DNA of 63,356 bases, the filler included, from Asterionella formosa (Eukaryota): NCBI GenBank assembly GCA_002256025.1. It is 28 parts of 28 records of this genome, joined end to end, with 100 filler letters (N's around TTAATTAATTAA, not from the genome) between each part and the next. Parts side by side here need not be neighbours in the genome. Positions count along the whole stretch, not along the records: positions 1 to 1,044 come from NKIB01004724.1; positions 1,145 to 2,188 come from NKIB01004725.1; positions 2,289 to 3,332 come from NKIB01004726.1; positions 3,433 to 4,476 come from NKIB01004727.1; positions 4,577 to 5,620 come from NKIB01004728.1; positions 5,721 to 6,764 come from NKIB01004729.1; positions 6,865 to 7,907 come from NKIB01004730.1; positions 8,008 to 9,050 come from NKIB01004731.1; 20 more parts are not named here. One strand, 5' to 3'. This document shows positions 1 to 11,453 of this stretch, piece after piece (the first letter of the stretch is position 1; every line of letters starts with the position of its first letter). A model generated the notes under the pieces. It was given only the letters and a program-made list of their open reading frames with translations. It was not told where the DNA came from and did not search any database. The position numbers and the translations under genes were made by a program.

Positions 1-190
1 GCAAAAAATGACGGTTGGTATCAAAACACGGTATCAGCAACGGTAACTTGATGGTATCAATTTTGTATCAATGATACAAAATTGATACCTTTTTTTGCCC
101 CCTCCAAAAACGGTATCAGTGATACTGACGTTTTCACGCGGGTATCATTTCCGTTGTCACTAATAAAATAACCGAAAATACGCCTGCAGG
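1..190. repeat. Dispersed GTATCA/TGATAC-rich repeat, possible DNA-transposon subterminal region
   Basis: Many GTATCA copies in both orientations, ending GTATCATTTCCGTTGTCACTAATAAAATAAC (from 142). A related copy at about 48130-48345 ends GTATCACGTCCGTTGCCACTGATAAAATAAC. Confidence 0.55.
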
Positions 191-432
191 GCAGTACTTT
201 TATTGACATCTAGATAATATACACAAAAATTATTATGGTGTGCATCAAAGAAGCACAATACAATCATTATAGCGGCCGTGTGTGGTAATGTTCAGCCACA
301 ACACCAAAGAACGACTACCACAGAGTCGAAAATTGAACAGATTGAGTCATGTGCATAGAGACATACCCGCTATCTAATTACAGGTACCTGGTACCAGGTA
401 CCCTGATACCTGGTCCGGGAATTCATGACAAG

Positions 433-610
433 GTACTAGGCAATAGAATACGAAAATGATCACGTGACTACGACATATACTAGCTGTGCAAATACTTTGG
501 CTTTGGCTGTCACTACCGGTACATTCTACTATCACTCGTCCAGCACGTACTAGGCAATAGAATACGAAAATGATCACGTGACTACAACAAATACCTGTGC
601 AAATACCATT
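433..610. repeat. Local direct repeat, two copies, 114-bp period
   Basis: GTACTAGGCAATAGAATACGAAAATGATCACGTGACTAC occurs at 433 and 547. Confidence 0.85.
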
Positions 611-1044
611 GACTATAGTAGTCCATATGCATAATTCGCGTAGATTTCTTGCATGGTTTGAGGACTGGCTTGGTACCATTATGTACTGTTAGTCAGGAAG
701 GAAAAGCACATGTTTGTAGCCAGCCCGTAACCGTTGAATTTTCGTGATACTTTTTGGTGATACAATTTTATTTTTATTTTTGTGGAGAATGGATTTTTTC
801 GTTTTGAATCGAGTAGCCGTTTCATGATACTTTTTCAAAAAAAATGATACCAAATCGAAAATGATAAGAACGACCCTTAGTGAAGCGGAAATGAACATCA
901 AATTAGACGACTCTACCTATTTGTATGCAAAACAAATATTTTGTGATACCAAATTTCCAGCATAGCACAAGCTACGGGTGGCTACCTGGTAGACTACCCA
1001 ATGTACTTTGGTCTGGGTGCACCAATCAGCCGTAAGAGCGACTA

Positions 1045-1144
1045 NNNNNNNNNNNNNNNNNNNNNNNNNNNNNNNNNNNNNNNNNNNNTTAATTAATTAA
1101 NNNNNNNNNNNNNNNNNNNNNNNNNNNNNNNNNNNNNNNNNNNN
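1045..1144. other. Artificial contig spacer (N44-TTAATTAATTAA-N44), first of 27
   Basis: Identical 100-nt spacers with stops in all six frames start at 1045, 2189, 3333, 4477, 5621, 6765, 7908, 9051, 10194, 11337, 28218, 29361, 30504, 31647, 48519, 49661, 50803, 51944, 53086, 54228, 55370, 56512, 57653, 58794, 59935, 61076 and 62216. The N runs at 18203-18783 and 21207-21636 lack the core and are scaffold gaps. Confidence 0.99.
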
Positions 1145-2288
1145 TGACACCGTTAAGTCGAACAATGGCAATGACAGCAACAAACTGGTAAGAAATACGC
1201 CTCTGCCCGTTTCGTAGGAAATTCGCCACACCCAATGGTGATGTTGTGTTTGTTGCTGTACAGCATAGCTCCTCGTCTCGCTGCTGTTCCTCTGTGTACC
1301 TGGTACTGCTGCAGACGGGAAGTTGTGTACCGGTATTTTGCATTTTATCAAAAAGCTAACTCGGACCGGGTTCCTAGTACCGTACAGTAACAGCTGTACC
1401 GGTATGCGAAGTGCAGCGTCATGATTATTTTCAGTATGCATCACCAGTATCACAGCTGGCTGTGTGCCATATGTAGATGATGCATAACGGTATGTATACT
1501 ATGCAGGGCGTCAGCTTGTGCATGGTTAAAGTATAACTACAGGTATACAGTACCCTGGCTCGTACACTGGTACCGGTATAACGTTTTTACGCTCCCTGTG
1601 GGTGATGTTTTACCAGTTAGTTCCTTGTTCATATTTTATACATCTATCATCATCATGTACTGACATACCGGTACCAGTACCAGGGTACCGGTTGTCTACA
1701 AGAATTGCGAGCCTAGGTGCGAGGACTTTTCGACACTCGTTCGAATCAATGCATACTATAGTTAGTACCGGTAAGCAATTTTGTTAATTAATTAATTAAG
1801 TAAAGCAGACAGCACAGAAAAAACTCCGAACATTGTGGAAGAACTGGATGAGGAACTTTTACCTTAGGGCGTGCCACACCCATGAGCACGGTATACAGAA
1901 AATACTTACAACAACTTATTGTTGCTCCTAGACTTCCTATAATAGGTACCAGGGTACAAGGTACCTGGTACAAGGTAGTCCATTTAGTACGCATTTATAA
2001 TACCTGGTACCTGGTACCAGTACTTTCATCGACATCATACATGTGTATTACCGGTATGGCTGGGTGCAAATTTTGAGGACATCGGGTTGGCTCATGTAGA
2101 CCTAGTATAACGGATAACCCTAACCCTTCTAAAAATTATGATTGCCCGCAAAAAAGCTTGTTGTTTTGCGTCCACAATGGCCATCATTNNNNNNNNNNNN
2201 NNNNNNNNNNNNNNNNNNNNNNNNNNNNNNNNTTAATTAATTAANNNNNNNNNNNNNNNNNNNNNNNNNNNNNNNNNNNNNNNNNNNN

Positions 2289-2583
2289 ATCCAAGGGAAA
2301 ATGCATTGCTTAGCTGATACTGTCCTAGAAATAGCACCATAAGGCATTTTTCCACCATTGTTAGCCTTCTTAGCTTCTAGCTCCCTAATCACATTGTTAA
2401 GACAAATCTGAACACTGACCAACTCTTCAGGAGGCAATTTCTTTCGAGGCAAGACATTGCCTTGTCGAGGCGCTTTTGAGGTCATGATGTTGGTATTGTG
2501 ATGGGTGATGGGTGACTGTTGTGTGTTTGCATTTGATTTTTGTACTCATAATTTGGGCGCGCCAGGAATTCCTGATTATACTG
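2289..2583 (-). mobile_element. 5' end of a pogo/DDE_1-like DNA transposon (transposase N-terminus plus candidate TIR)
   Basis: ORF from 2485 (MTSKAPR...NGGKMPYGAISRTV...FPW) runs off the contig and resembles diatom pogo-like N-termini. Upstream on the minus strand: TA|CAGTATAATCAGGAATTCCTGG (2585-2562), a TA site plus CAGT start typical of pogo/Tigger. Confidence 0.45.
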
Positions 2584-3432
2584 TACCATAGCACTGGTTT
2601 TAGGAAGAATATATTTCTCATCTTGTTAAGCAACCTGGTACCAGGTACAGTATACATATCGTAAGCACGTCGAATATAGATAATGGTCGAAAATAATTAT
2701 TCGCACCTTAATTTTCCTTTCTTTCCCAGTCATCATGCTGTGCATCCACCCCAGCAACTGTGATGTCAATGACGACATGATCTGCATGCTTGCATGCTGT
2801 CGGTCGAATCTACTATGAGGACGCGATAACAAGATAAAACGACCATGAAAACTTAGCAAAGCACTTCAGAATAGAAATGCTTCCATTCCAGCAGAGAGTT
2901 TTTCAGAATGGAAGCAACAACAACATTTTTGTCGTCCTAACAACACATGACAATGTATTCTCTCCGTTTTTCTCTATTCATAAGCAATCTACCAAGAACA
3001 AGAGATTTCCAACAGGTCCATTCTCGACCACTTCCTCGCCCTCGCAATCATTCGCCATGAGATATGGAAGAACTGTAAGTTCCAATTTTCGGTTATTTCC
3101 GATGCTGGTTTCACGATAATAGTCACTCTCATTTTATAGACTCGTTTCGATTCTGAAACAGGATTCGAAGAGCAGAGGCAGCCAAAAAAACCATCTAGAC
3201 CAAACTTCCATTGTGGGTAGCGTAATCGTTGAGGGGGAAATTCGTTCCAAACCGGCGGGATGCATGGCATCATGTGATGAGATGAAAGCCGAGGCGTCAG
3301 AATCTACAGGAATCCCTCCTTGTTGCAGCATTNNNNNNNNNNNNNNNNNNNNNNNNNNNNNNNNNNNNNNNNNNNNTTAATTAATTAANNNNNNNNNNNN
3401 NNNNNNNNNNNNNNNNNNNNNNNNNNNNNNNN

Positions 3433-3594
3433 GTTGTCGATCCGGAAAGTGGGGAACTCATTCGTCTCACAGTAGCCGAAAAGGAGCGTATCTTTCTGGA
3501 CGCGCTTCAGTCCTACGATGCCACTGGAAGGCAAATGCTCAAGGATGACGAGTTTGACCTATTGAAGGAAGATTTGCAATGGAACGGATCTGAG
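3433..3594 (+). pseudogene. PGRL1: PGR5-like 1 (PGRL1) gene fragment, 3'-truncated
   Basis: Translates VVDPESGELIRLTVAEKERIFLDALQSYDATGRQMLKDDEFDLLKEDLQWNGSE, matching the PGRL1 motif FL.ALQS.Y..G...M..EEFD.LKE.L.W.GS. It then breaks into CATATATACCGGTATAGCTAA (stop) and AT-rich repeat DNA. Confidence 0.85.
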
Positions 3595-4079
3595 CATATA
3601 TACCGGTATAGCTAAAACAAGGAAAGACGACACGACAATGAACGTGATGGCTGGTTGTTGAGGATACCGGTATGTGATATGCATCAATCCATCATGTCAC
3701 AAATCATATTATAGTGATGTACATATCAACGCATCCGTATACTTAGATCCTATCCACTGTATAATACTATCATATTAACTGTTGACTTTAACTGTATATA
3801 TTAAACGACAAACATATATATTAATTAACATACTTTATGATTGCTTGATTTATATTCTGTGATGTATCGATAACACTTGCATGAATATTTTATCGTATTT
3901 TATTGTCATTGTACTATTTTTACATGATCATATTTTGATCAAAATTATATCATATACATTTTAAAAAATTATCATAGTTTTATGATCAATGTATCATAGC
4001 TATGTGATGTACTTTATTCAATATTACGTATCATACTTTGGTGATGTATGTATCGATGTAACCTTATCATGATATCACA

Positions 4080-4476
4080 GTATCATCTTATCAATCATAA
4101 TGAGATGATTGGGAAGCAACTGTATTCTGCATCGTGCTACAGGGTATATTATTATATCACGCAATTTAGTAGCGAAGTCACTCCGCCTGTAATGTACTAA
4201 AGTCGAGAGTGCACATACCGGGTACCGGTACTCAAACGCTAATCAGGTTTGAGGCAACGGACAGTGGTTCGAACGAGCGAATGATGATACGGTACCAATT
4301 TTTCCAATGAAAGAACTTGTCTCTCTATTGATGAGGATGACACGGACAGGGACACGGACACGGACACCGACTTTTCCAGGAGCAAACAACAATGAAGAGA
4401 CCCACTTGTCGCTCTATTGATGGTAACAAAGATGCGGACAAGTTCAACAGTGAATACAAGAACAACATACCATTGA
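4080..4476. repeat. Dispersed repeat family with an internal ~275-bp period
   Basis: Colinear with 10875-11336 and 55195-55369; shared AGGTTTGAGGCAACGGACAG and CAAGTTCAACAGTGAATACAAGAACAACAT-type blocks. Confidence 0.85.
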
Positions 4477-4576
4477 NNNNNNNNNNNNNNNNNNNNNNNN
4501 NNNNNNNNNNNNNNNNNNNNTTAATTAATTAANNNNNNNNNNNNNNNNNNNNNNNNNNNNNNNNNNNNNNNNNNNN

Positions 4577-4855
4577 GTAGGACTGAAGCGCGTCTAGAAA
4601 GATACGCTCCTTTTCGGCTACTGTGAGACGAATGAGTTCCCCACTTTCCGGATCGACGACACAGTATTCCTCGTCAGGAATGCATTCTTCTTCCTGCAAT
4701 TTATTCTCAAAGAATCGTCCAGACTTGGCGTCGTAAGCGATTTCTCTCGTTCCGCTCGTAATGGTGATCTTTTCGTCGCTTCCTTCTTCGGCCATTAAAA
4801 GTGGACCAGCAACACGACCAGCTGTTGTCGTTGTCTTCCTTAAAGTTCGATGATC
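4577..4855 (-). pseudogene. PGRL1: PGRL1 N-terminal fragment (partial transit peptide plus mature N-terminus), cut by contig end
   Basis: Reads RTLRKTTTTAGRVAGPLL-MAEEGSDEK...ECIPDEEYCVVDPESGELIRLTVAEKERIFLDALQSY. An in-frame TAA and tandem repeats lie where the signal peptide should be. An upstream intron cannot be excluded. Confidence 0.7.
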
Positions 4856-4869
4856 TTAAATTCATTTAC

Positions 4870-5270
4870 CGGTACTGTCCCGCTGTAGTAGCAGCAGTCA
4901 TAGACATATGGTGTTCTATTTATACAATCCTAAAACTATGATGATTTACTATGGTGTTCTATTGCTTGCTTATTACTCCGACTGCCGGTACCGCTTTTCA
5001 GTTTCACGATCATGCAATCCTAAAACTATGATGATTTACTGTCCCACTGTAATTGCAACAGTCATGAGCATATGGTGTTCTATTTGTTTTTAGTTTTATG
5101 ATCATACAATCCTAAAACTATGATAATTTACTGTCCCAATGTAATTGCAACAGTCATGAACATATGGTGTTCTTTTGGTTTTTAGTTTTATGATCATACG
5201 ATCCTAAAACTATGATGATTTACTGTCCCACTGCAGTAGCAACAGTCCTGAACATATGGTGTTCAGTTGC
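4870..5270. repeat. 92-bp tandem repeat, three copies plus partial units
   Basis: CAT(A/G)C(A/G)ATCCTAAAACTATGAT(G/A)ATTTACTGTCCCA starts at 5011, 5103 and 5195; partial copies at 4870-4960. Confidence 0.9.
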
Positions 5271-5722
5271 TAGTTTACTACTCCGACTACCCCCAGTATA
5301 TCACTTACTACCTGCTACTGGTACTCTGTATATATATATGATATATTGTTATTGTCTTATGATGTACCGGTACACATGAAGAACTCCCGACCAAAAAAGG
5401 GGCTTAAACAATTTGCTACCAAAACCCTGGCGGCTATTTAACGGTCTAAATAATTAGTTTCAACGGACGTAGAAAAAATCGATGCAAACAAATTTCAGAA
5501 ACAATTCCGGTACACGTAGTCGTGGAAAACAATGGACATATAGTGCATTGAGTATTTTCGAATTATGTATATGCGAGTATGATCATCTCAACCATATCAG
5601 ATGTTCCATATCGAGAGCGCNNNNNNNNNNNNNNNNNNNNNNNNNNNNNNNNNNNNNNNNNNNNTTAATTAATTAANNNNNNNNNNNNNNNNNNNNNNNN
5701 NNNNNNNNNNNNNNNNNNNNAG

Positions 5723-6764
5723 GCCCAATATTGGGAGAAATTTGACCCGCACCCACAGGCAAATGAGGGGATCCGTTCGCTGGACGAACCCTTCACAACC
5801 TCCGATATTTGGACTGCCCTGAGGAAGATGAAGAGCCATCGTGCTCCGGGCGGTGACGGGATACCCACTGAACTGCTACAGGCATGTTTGGCGGAGGAAC
5901 GGGCCCTACTTTCCCACCTTCAAAACTATCGGGAAGAGGAGCCCGCCCCGCCACCATCCGCTCCAATGACGGACTCACTAGGAACCCTACTCAACTTTGC
6001 GTATGAGAGGGGACTGGTGGCCCAGTCGTGGGCTGAGTCACTGGTCGTCTCAATACCTAAGAAAGGGGACTTGGCTGATATGAACAACTATCGGGGGATT
6101 TCGCTCATGGCCACTGTCCTCAAGGTGGTGTGTGTGATCCTTGGTACCAGGATAAATGTGGAAGCGGAATCTCGAGGGCTGTTTAGCCGAGCCCAGGCTG
6201 GCTTTCGCCAGAGAGAGGAATGTGTAACCCAGGTAGCCTGTGTCATGGAAATCATACAACGCCGGAGGATAGTGGGAGAGCCGACCTACGTGGTATTCGT
6301 AGACCTCAAGAAGGCATATGATACGGTGCCCCACGAGGCGCTCTTTGCGAAACTATCCAGGTTTGGGATCAGGGGACGTTGCCTTGCTTTTCTACGTGCC
6401 CTTTATCGCAGCAGTACAATCAGGGTACGAGTGGGGGGTGGCTTGACTGCCCTGTACTCGGACCCCTGCAGACTGTTGCGAGGTGTGCGGCAGGGTTGCC
6501 CTCTTTCGCCTATACTGTTCAACATCTTCATTGATGACTTGGCAGTGGGGACGGAGGAGAGCGGGGCCCTGGTACCAACTGGGGACAGTCGCACATGGCG
6601 GAACTCCACACCCACACTGACAGTGGGATGTACCCTTTTTGCTGATGATGCGGCCGGAATCTGCCCCTCCCTGGAGGCGGCCAAACGGTTCTGTACGCAC
6701 GTTACCAACTGGGTTACAGCTAACGAGATGAGTGTGGGCATAGGGAAGTGTGGGCTGATGGAAT
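5723..6764 (+). mobile_element. Non-LTR retrotransposon (LINE) reverse transcriptase, partial, uninterrupted frame
   Basis: Motifs APGGDG, IPKKGD, NYRGISL, QAGFR, FVDLKKAYDTV, GVRQGCPLSPILFNIFIDDL and LFADD. The frame is open across the whole contig. Confidence 0.96.
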
Positions 6765-6864
6765 NNNNNNNNNNNNNNNNNNNNNNNNNNNNNNNNNNNN
6801 NNNNNNNNTTAATTAATTAANNNNNNNNNNNNNNNNNNNNNNNNNNNNNNNNNNNNNNNNNNNN

Positions 6865-7907
6865 GCGGCTCGTCTCCGGGATGACTTCATGGGTCCCATC
6901 TCATGGTTCCTTGGTATCTACTTTGCCTGGCACCCCAACGCCTCCACTGGTCACCTCAGTGTTCATTTATCCCAGGAGGCTTACCTTCGCAGTCTCCTTG
7001 ACCGGTTTGATATGGTGGATTGTTGCCATACGCACCCCTACCCCTTATCGCTCTGGCCTGGTCTATGACCGCATTGTGCCTGATGGTGCTGAACTTTCTC
7101 CCAAAGCTCGCGCGGCCATTAGTACACAATACCAGTCACTCATTGGGGCTCTCAATTGGCTGCCTGTCAGCACACATCCTGATGTCTCTGTTGCCCTCAC
7201 TCTCCTGGCTCAGCACAACTCCTATGCCACCCCCGCTCACCTTTTAGGTGCCAAGTATGTGTTACGATACCTGGCTGGCTATGCCAATCATGGCATCGCC
7301 TTTACCTCGCAATTTGCTTCCTCATACCTCTCAACCACCTTTGTTTGGCCCAAGGACACTCCCACTCTCACCACTTACACCGATGCCAACTGGGGCCTGC
7401 AAGATGCTTCCAAACCCAACCCCACCGATATCATCTCTCCTGCCGAGTGTTGCTCCCTTCTTGGTTCCATCAGTACACGTACAGGTGACCCCATCGCCTG
7501 GCATGTCATTCGTGAACCTTGCGTGAGCCGCAGTACTACCTGCGAATCTGAAATCAAATCTGTGGATGAGGGCACCAAGGTTACCCAATTCATCCACCAT
7601 ATCCTTAGTGACCTCCACATGCCTGATGTCACTCTCCCCCACCCCTCTTTGGAATGACAACAGAGGTGCTGTGGACTGGTCCCACAGCTGTGCTAACAAA
7701 AAGATGTGGCATATTAATATCCGCAACATGGCTGTGTGCGATGCTCACCGGTTTTCCGAAATCTTTGTCACCCACCTCAAAGGGGATACCAATGTTGCTG
7801 ATCTGTTCACCAAAGAACATAAAGATGATGCCCATTTTCTCCGCCTCCGCAATATTATTGTCCTGTCTCATGGGAATTTTCTCACTTGAGGGGGGTTTTG
7901 GTACCAT
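6865..7907 (+). mobile_element. Ty1/copia LTR retrotransposon RT C-terminus and RNase H, frameshifted, with polypurine tract
   Basis: YQSLIGALNWL, HPDVS, AKYVLRYL, YTDANWG, SRSTTCESE, then in a second frame DNRGAV, HINIR, NVADLFTK. Stop at 7887-7889 overlaps GAGGGGGG (PPT). Confidence 0.93.
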
Positions 7908-10874
7908 NNNNNNNNNNNNNNNNNNNNNNNNNNNNNNNNNNNNNNNNNNNNTTAATTAATTAANNNNNNNNNNNNNNNNNNNNNNNNNNNNNNNNNNNNN
8001 NNNNNNNCGATTTTTGCTGTTTGTCGTGATGATCAACTTGGCGGGGCTCACAGCTGATGGATGTTGCACGATAAGTGTGTTGCTGAGGGTCGCCTTTCTA
8101 TCGTAGTAAACAGGTGTCTTTTTTACGAGAGTGGCATCAATAGATACAAACATGGTTAGAATTGAACGGTTGATCACAGATCACTGCAGGATCATAGCTG
8201 CATCCTCACCTGTGCAGAAACCAACATAGATGTCCACAATGAGCCAGACATGGCGAGACCGACTAAGAATAAAAGTCCACTCATGTCGCATCGATCACTA
8301 AAAGTGTTTGATTCTTTGGGTATCAGTTTCGCCTTGGAGCCAACGGTTGAAACACTCGCTCAGTGCACCGCTGTACCGATACCGGAAACGGTTTTAGTAT
8401 GGAAAAATAATCCTATGTTGATGCCTCAGAAGCTGGAATAAGGGCGATAAGATAGCGGGGATACCCGTACCGGTTGTCTATGTACTCTATTCAACCTCCC
8501 GTGGTCTGATAAATGAAAGTGGATCGGTATCGGTTTTTTCTTTTCAGCATGGTACATAGTGTATGTAATTCAAGGGGCAATTAAATTTCGGAAAATTTGT
8601 CGAATATTAATTTTTTTGATCTGTGTATCCCAACAAAATTTCTCCTCCTAGATATCCAAGACAGAAATCAAATTATATGTTATTCATTACCGTATATATC
8701 TATATGGCCTGACTTCCGTTACTGACTCCGGAGTCCATTCCAGCTAGCGGTAATTCGCCTCCACATACCGGTTGCTAATGCAGTTAACGGGTAGGCCGGT
8801 GTATTCCCTCCATATAGTTTGTTATGGAAGTCTGTTTCAGGAAAAGGCATTTGCCGGGTAGGCTTAAAAAGTCGAAACTAATACAGATTGAACTGTAAGG
8901 GAGTAATCGAAGTATCTTGACACCGAGACCAAAAGCATTGTTGGGGAAACAAGTGTAGGGGCTTTGATCTTGCTCTGCTGATGTAGATATCAAGTTGTAG
9001 ATCCACCTATATACATACCGACGGAAAGAATAGAGGGCTTTAATATTTTTNNNNNNNNNNNNNNNNNNNNNNNNNNNNNNNNNNNNNNNNNNNNTTAATT
9101 AATTAANNNNNNNNNNNNNNNNNNNNNNNNNNNNNNNNNNNNNNNNNNNNAGGATTCTGTTTGTAATGATTTTCATTTGCCCATTTTATCAACAGACGTT
9201 TGAAGCACAAAAGGTTTCATGTGAAAGTGAGCTCCTCATAGTAGTTGTAACTCACAGTTGAATGAGTCGACTTTTTGGGTACACCAAGCTCCCATCAACT
9301 ACCATGATATTTTTCTGCCATAATGAGCTGGACAATGTAGACTATTCAGAAGACCAAAAGTTTGAATCCAATGATCAATAGTTTTAAACCTAGCTATGAT
9401 CAATAAGTGTGAGATACTAGACATGGGACTATCTATAAATTTATGTTCTGACAAATGCAAAAAGCATTTGGAAAATAGTTTGTTTGATTATTTAAACTGA
9501 ACAAACCTAATAACTAGCTTAGTAACTCACAATAAGAATATAGAAATGAAAGTGAAACAAATGTATCTATCTACAGTCTTCTTTGTCTAATAATAGATCT
9601 ATCTAGCAAAGGTATTACTTTAACATATGCTCACCTGATATACTGCATATACCAGTTTTTGTCTCCCCCTTTAACTAACTTACAAATGGTCCATATAGCT
9701 GTTGCTGAGAAATGAATAAACTTTTGTGGATTTGCACCATCTACTCATGTTTTCTATTACAATACATTAAAGGATCAATGAATTTCAAAATTTAGAGTTG
9801 GGATCATAGCTGGACAACTCATGGTCTTAGTATCATCTATATTGAGAGAGATTCATATCTGTGTGTTTTATTATTTGCTCCATTGTCTTTTAATCAAAAG
9901 TAAAGTGTAAATAGTTTGTTGTTTTGGCAGTTCAATACTTACCGTAATGTTTCTTGTCTAAAAGTGAATATTATATCATGGTATTTATTGTTGTCGCATT
10001 TTGAGGGACGTTCCACTATCAATTCAGTATAAATCATCCATCCCATTATATATAGATAACAGACAACCACAAACTCTCCTTGTGTGTTTTCATGACTGTG
10101 GATAATCCATATCAAGTCCTTCACCAATAGCCCAATCTTCTTCTGTAAGATCAAATAAAAAATCGGGAAAGTCTTCTGGAACCACATTTAGATNNNNNNN
10201 NNNNNNNNNNNNNNNNNNNNNNNNNNNNNNNNNNNNNTTAATTAATTAANNNNNNNNNNNNNNNNNNNNNNNNNNNNNNNNNNNNNNNNNNNNCGACTAG
10301 CAAACATTTACATGAAGGACATGGATTTAAGTGGGCTCACATTGGAAAAATTCAGGAAGGATTTAATAGGATGTGCAGACAAAAATTTGAGTTAAATTAT
10401 ATTTGGTTGTAGCTACTCTTAACATAATTGACAACCAGCTTCACTCTCAGTATCATTTTTTGATTATCTTTCTTTAAAACAATTGACTTCAGTACTTTGT
10501 GATTTGGTGCACCCTCTGTCCACATAGATATAGTTAAAGAATGGTTCTGAACATGAAATACACTGTCAACTTGTGTACATTACAGCAGTGATTTAGCTAC
10601 TCAAGTGCATGGTATAATATCTTACTCCATAGTACAATTCAGAACACAGTTCCACATCAACATTGAATGATTGATAAGATGATAATGTGATATCACATCA
10701 CCAAAATATGACACACAATATTGAATAATGTTTATCACATAGCTATGATACATTGATCTTAAAACTATGATGATTTAATAAAATATTTATGATGTATTTC
10801 TAATCAAAATATGATCCTGTTAAAAAAATTGATTGATCACAAAGTATATAAGTTACTAGTATATATGTTTGACT

Positions 10875-11336
10875 TATCATCTTATCAATCATGATGAGAT
10901 GATTGGGAACTGTATTCTGCATTGTACTACGGAGTATGATATTATAACACGCACTTTAGTAGCTAAGTCACTCCTGTAATGTACACAAGTCGACAGTGCA
11001 CATACACACATGCTAATCAGGTTTGAGGCAATGGACAGTGGTTCCAACGAGTGAATGACAATACCATGGGTATCAAATTTTCCAGCGGCAAACCACAATG
11101 ATGAAGGACACTTGTCCCTCTATTGATGAGGATGACACGGACACCGACTTTTCCAGGAGCAAACAACAATGAAGAGAGCCAGGCCACTGGTTGCTCAATT
11201 GATGGTAACAAAGATGCGGACAAGTTCAACAGCGAATACAAGAACAACATACCAATAAAAATAGTCGGCAGTGTGTGTACGGACATGCTAAGGAGGTTTG
11301 AGGCAACGGACAGTTCCAACAAGCAAATGTTGATAC
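10875..11336. repeat. Same repeat family as 4080-4476
   Basis: AGGTTTGAGGCAA at 11019 and 11294 (275-bp period); colinear with 4080-4476. Confidence 0.85.
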
Positions 11337-11453
11337 NNNNNNNNNNNNNNNNNNNNNNNNNNNNNNNNNNNNNNNNNNNNTTAATTAATTAANNNNNNNN
11401 NNNNNNNNNNNNNNNNNNNNNNNNNNNNNNNNNNNNGAAACAGGAAATCCAAA

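Noticed and set aside
1784..1799. TTAATTAATTAATTAA without Ns
   Set aside because: Natural (TTAA)4 microsatellite; no junction evidence.
2116..2127. TAACCCTAACCC, also TAGGGTTAGGG near 29106 and TTTAGGG near 44907
   Set aside because: At most two telomere-like units, internal to contigs; not telomeres.
2680..3332. Minus-strand coding-like stretch with a faint BTB-like segment (SRWF..LFESCF)
   Set aside because: Multiple stops and frameshifts and too little motif to assign.
8008..8290. Possible signal-peptide exon MSGLLFLVGLAMSGSLWTSMLVSAQ followed by GTGAG on the minus strand
   Set aside because: No convincing acceptor or downstream domain before the contig end.
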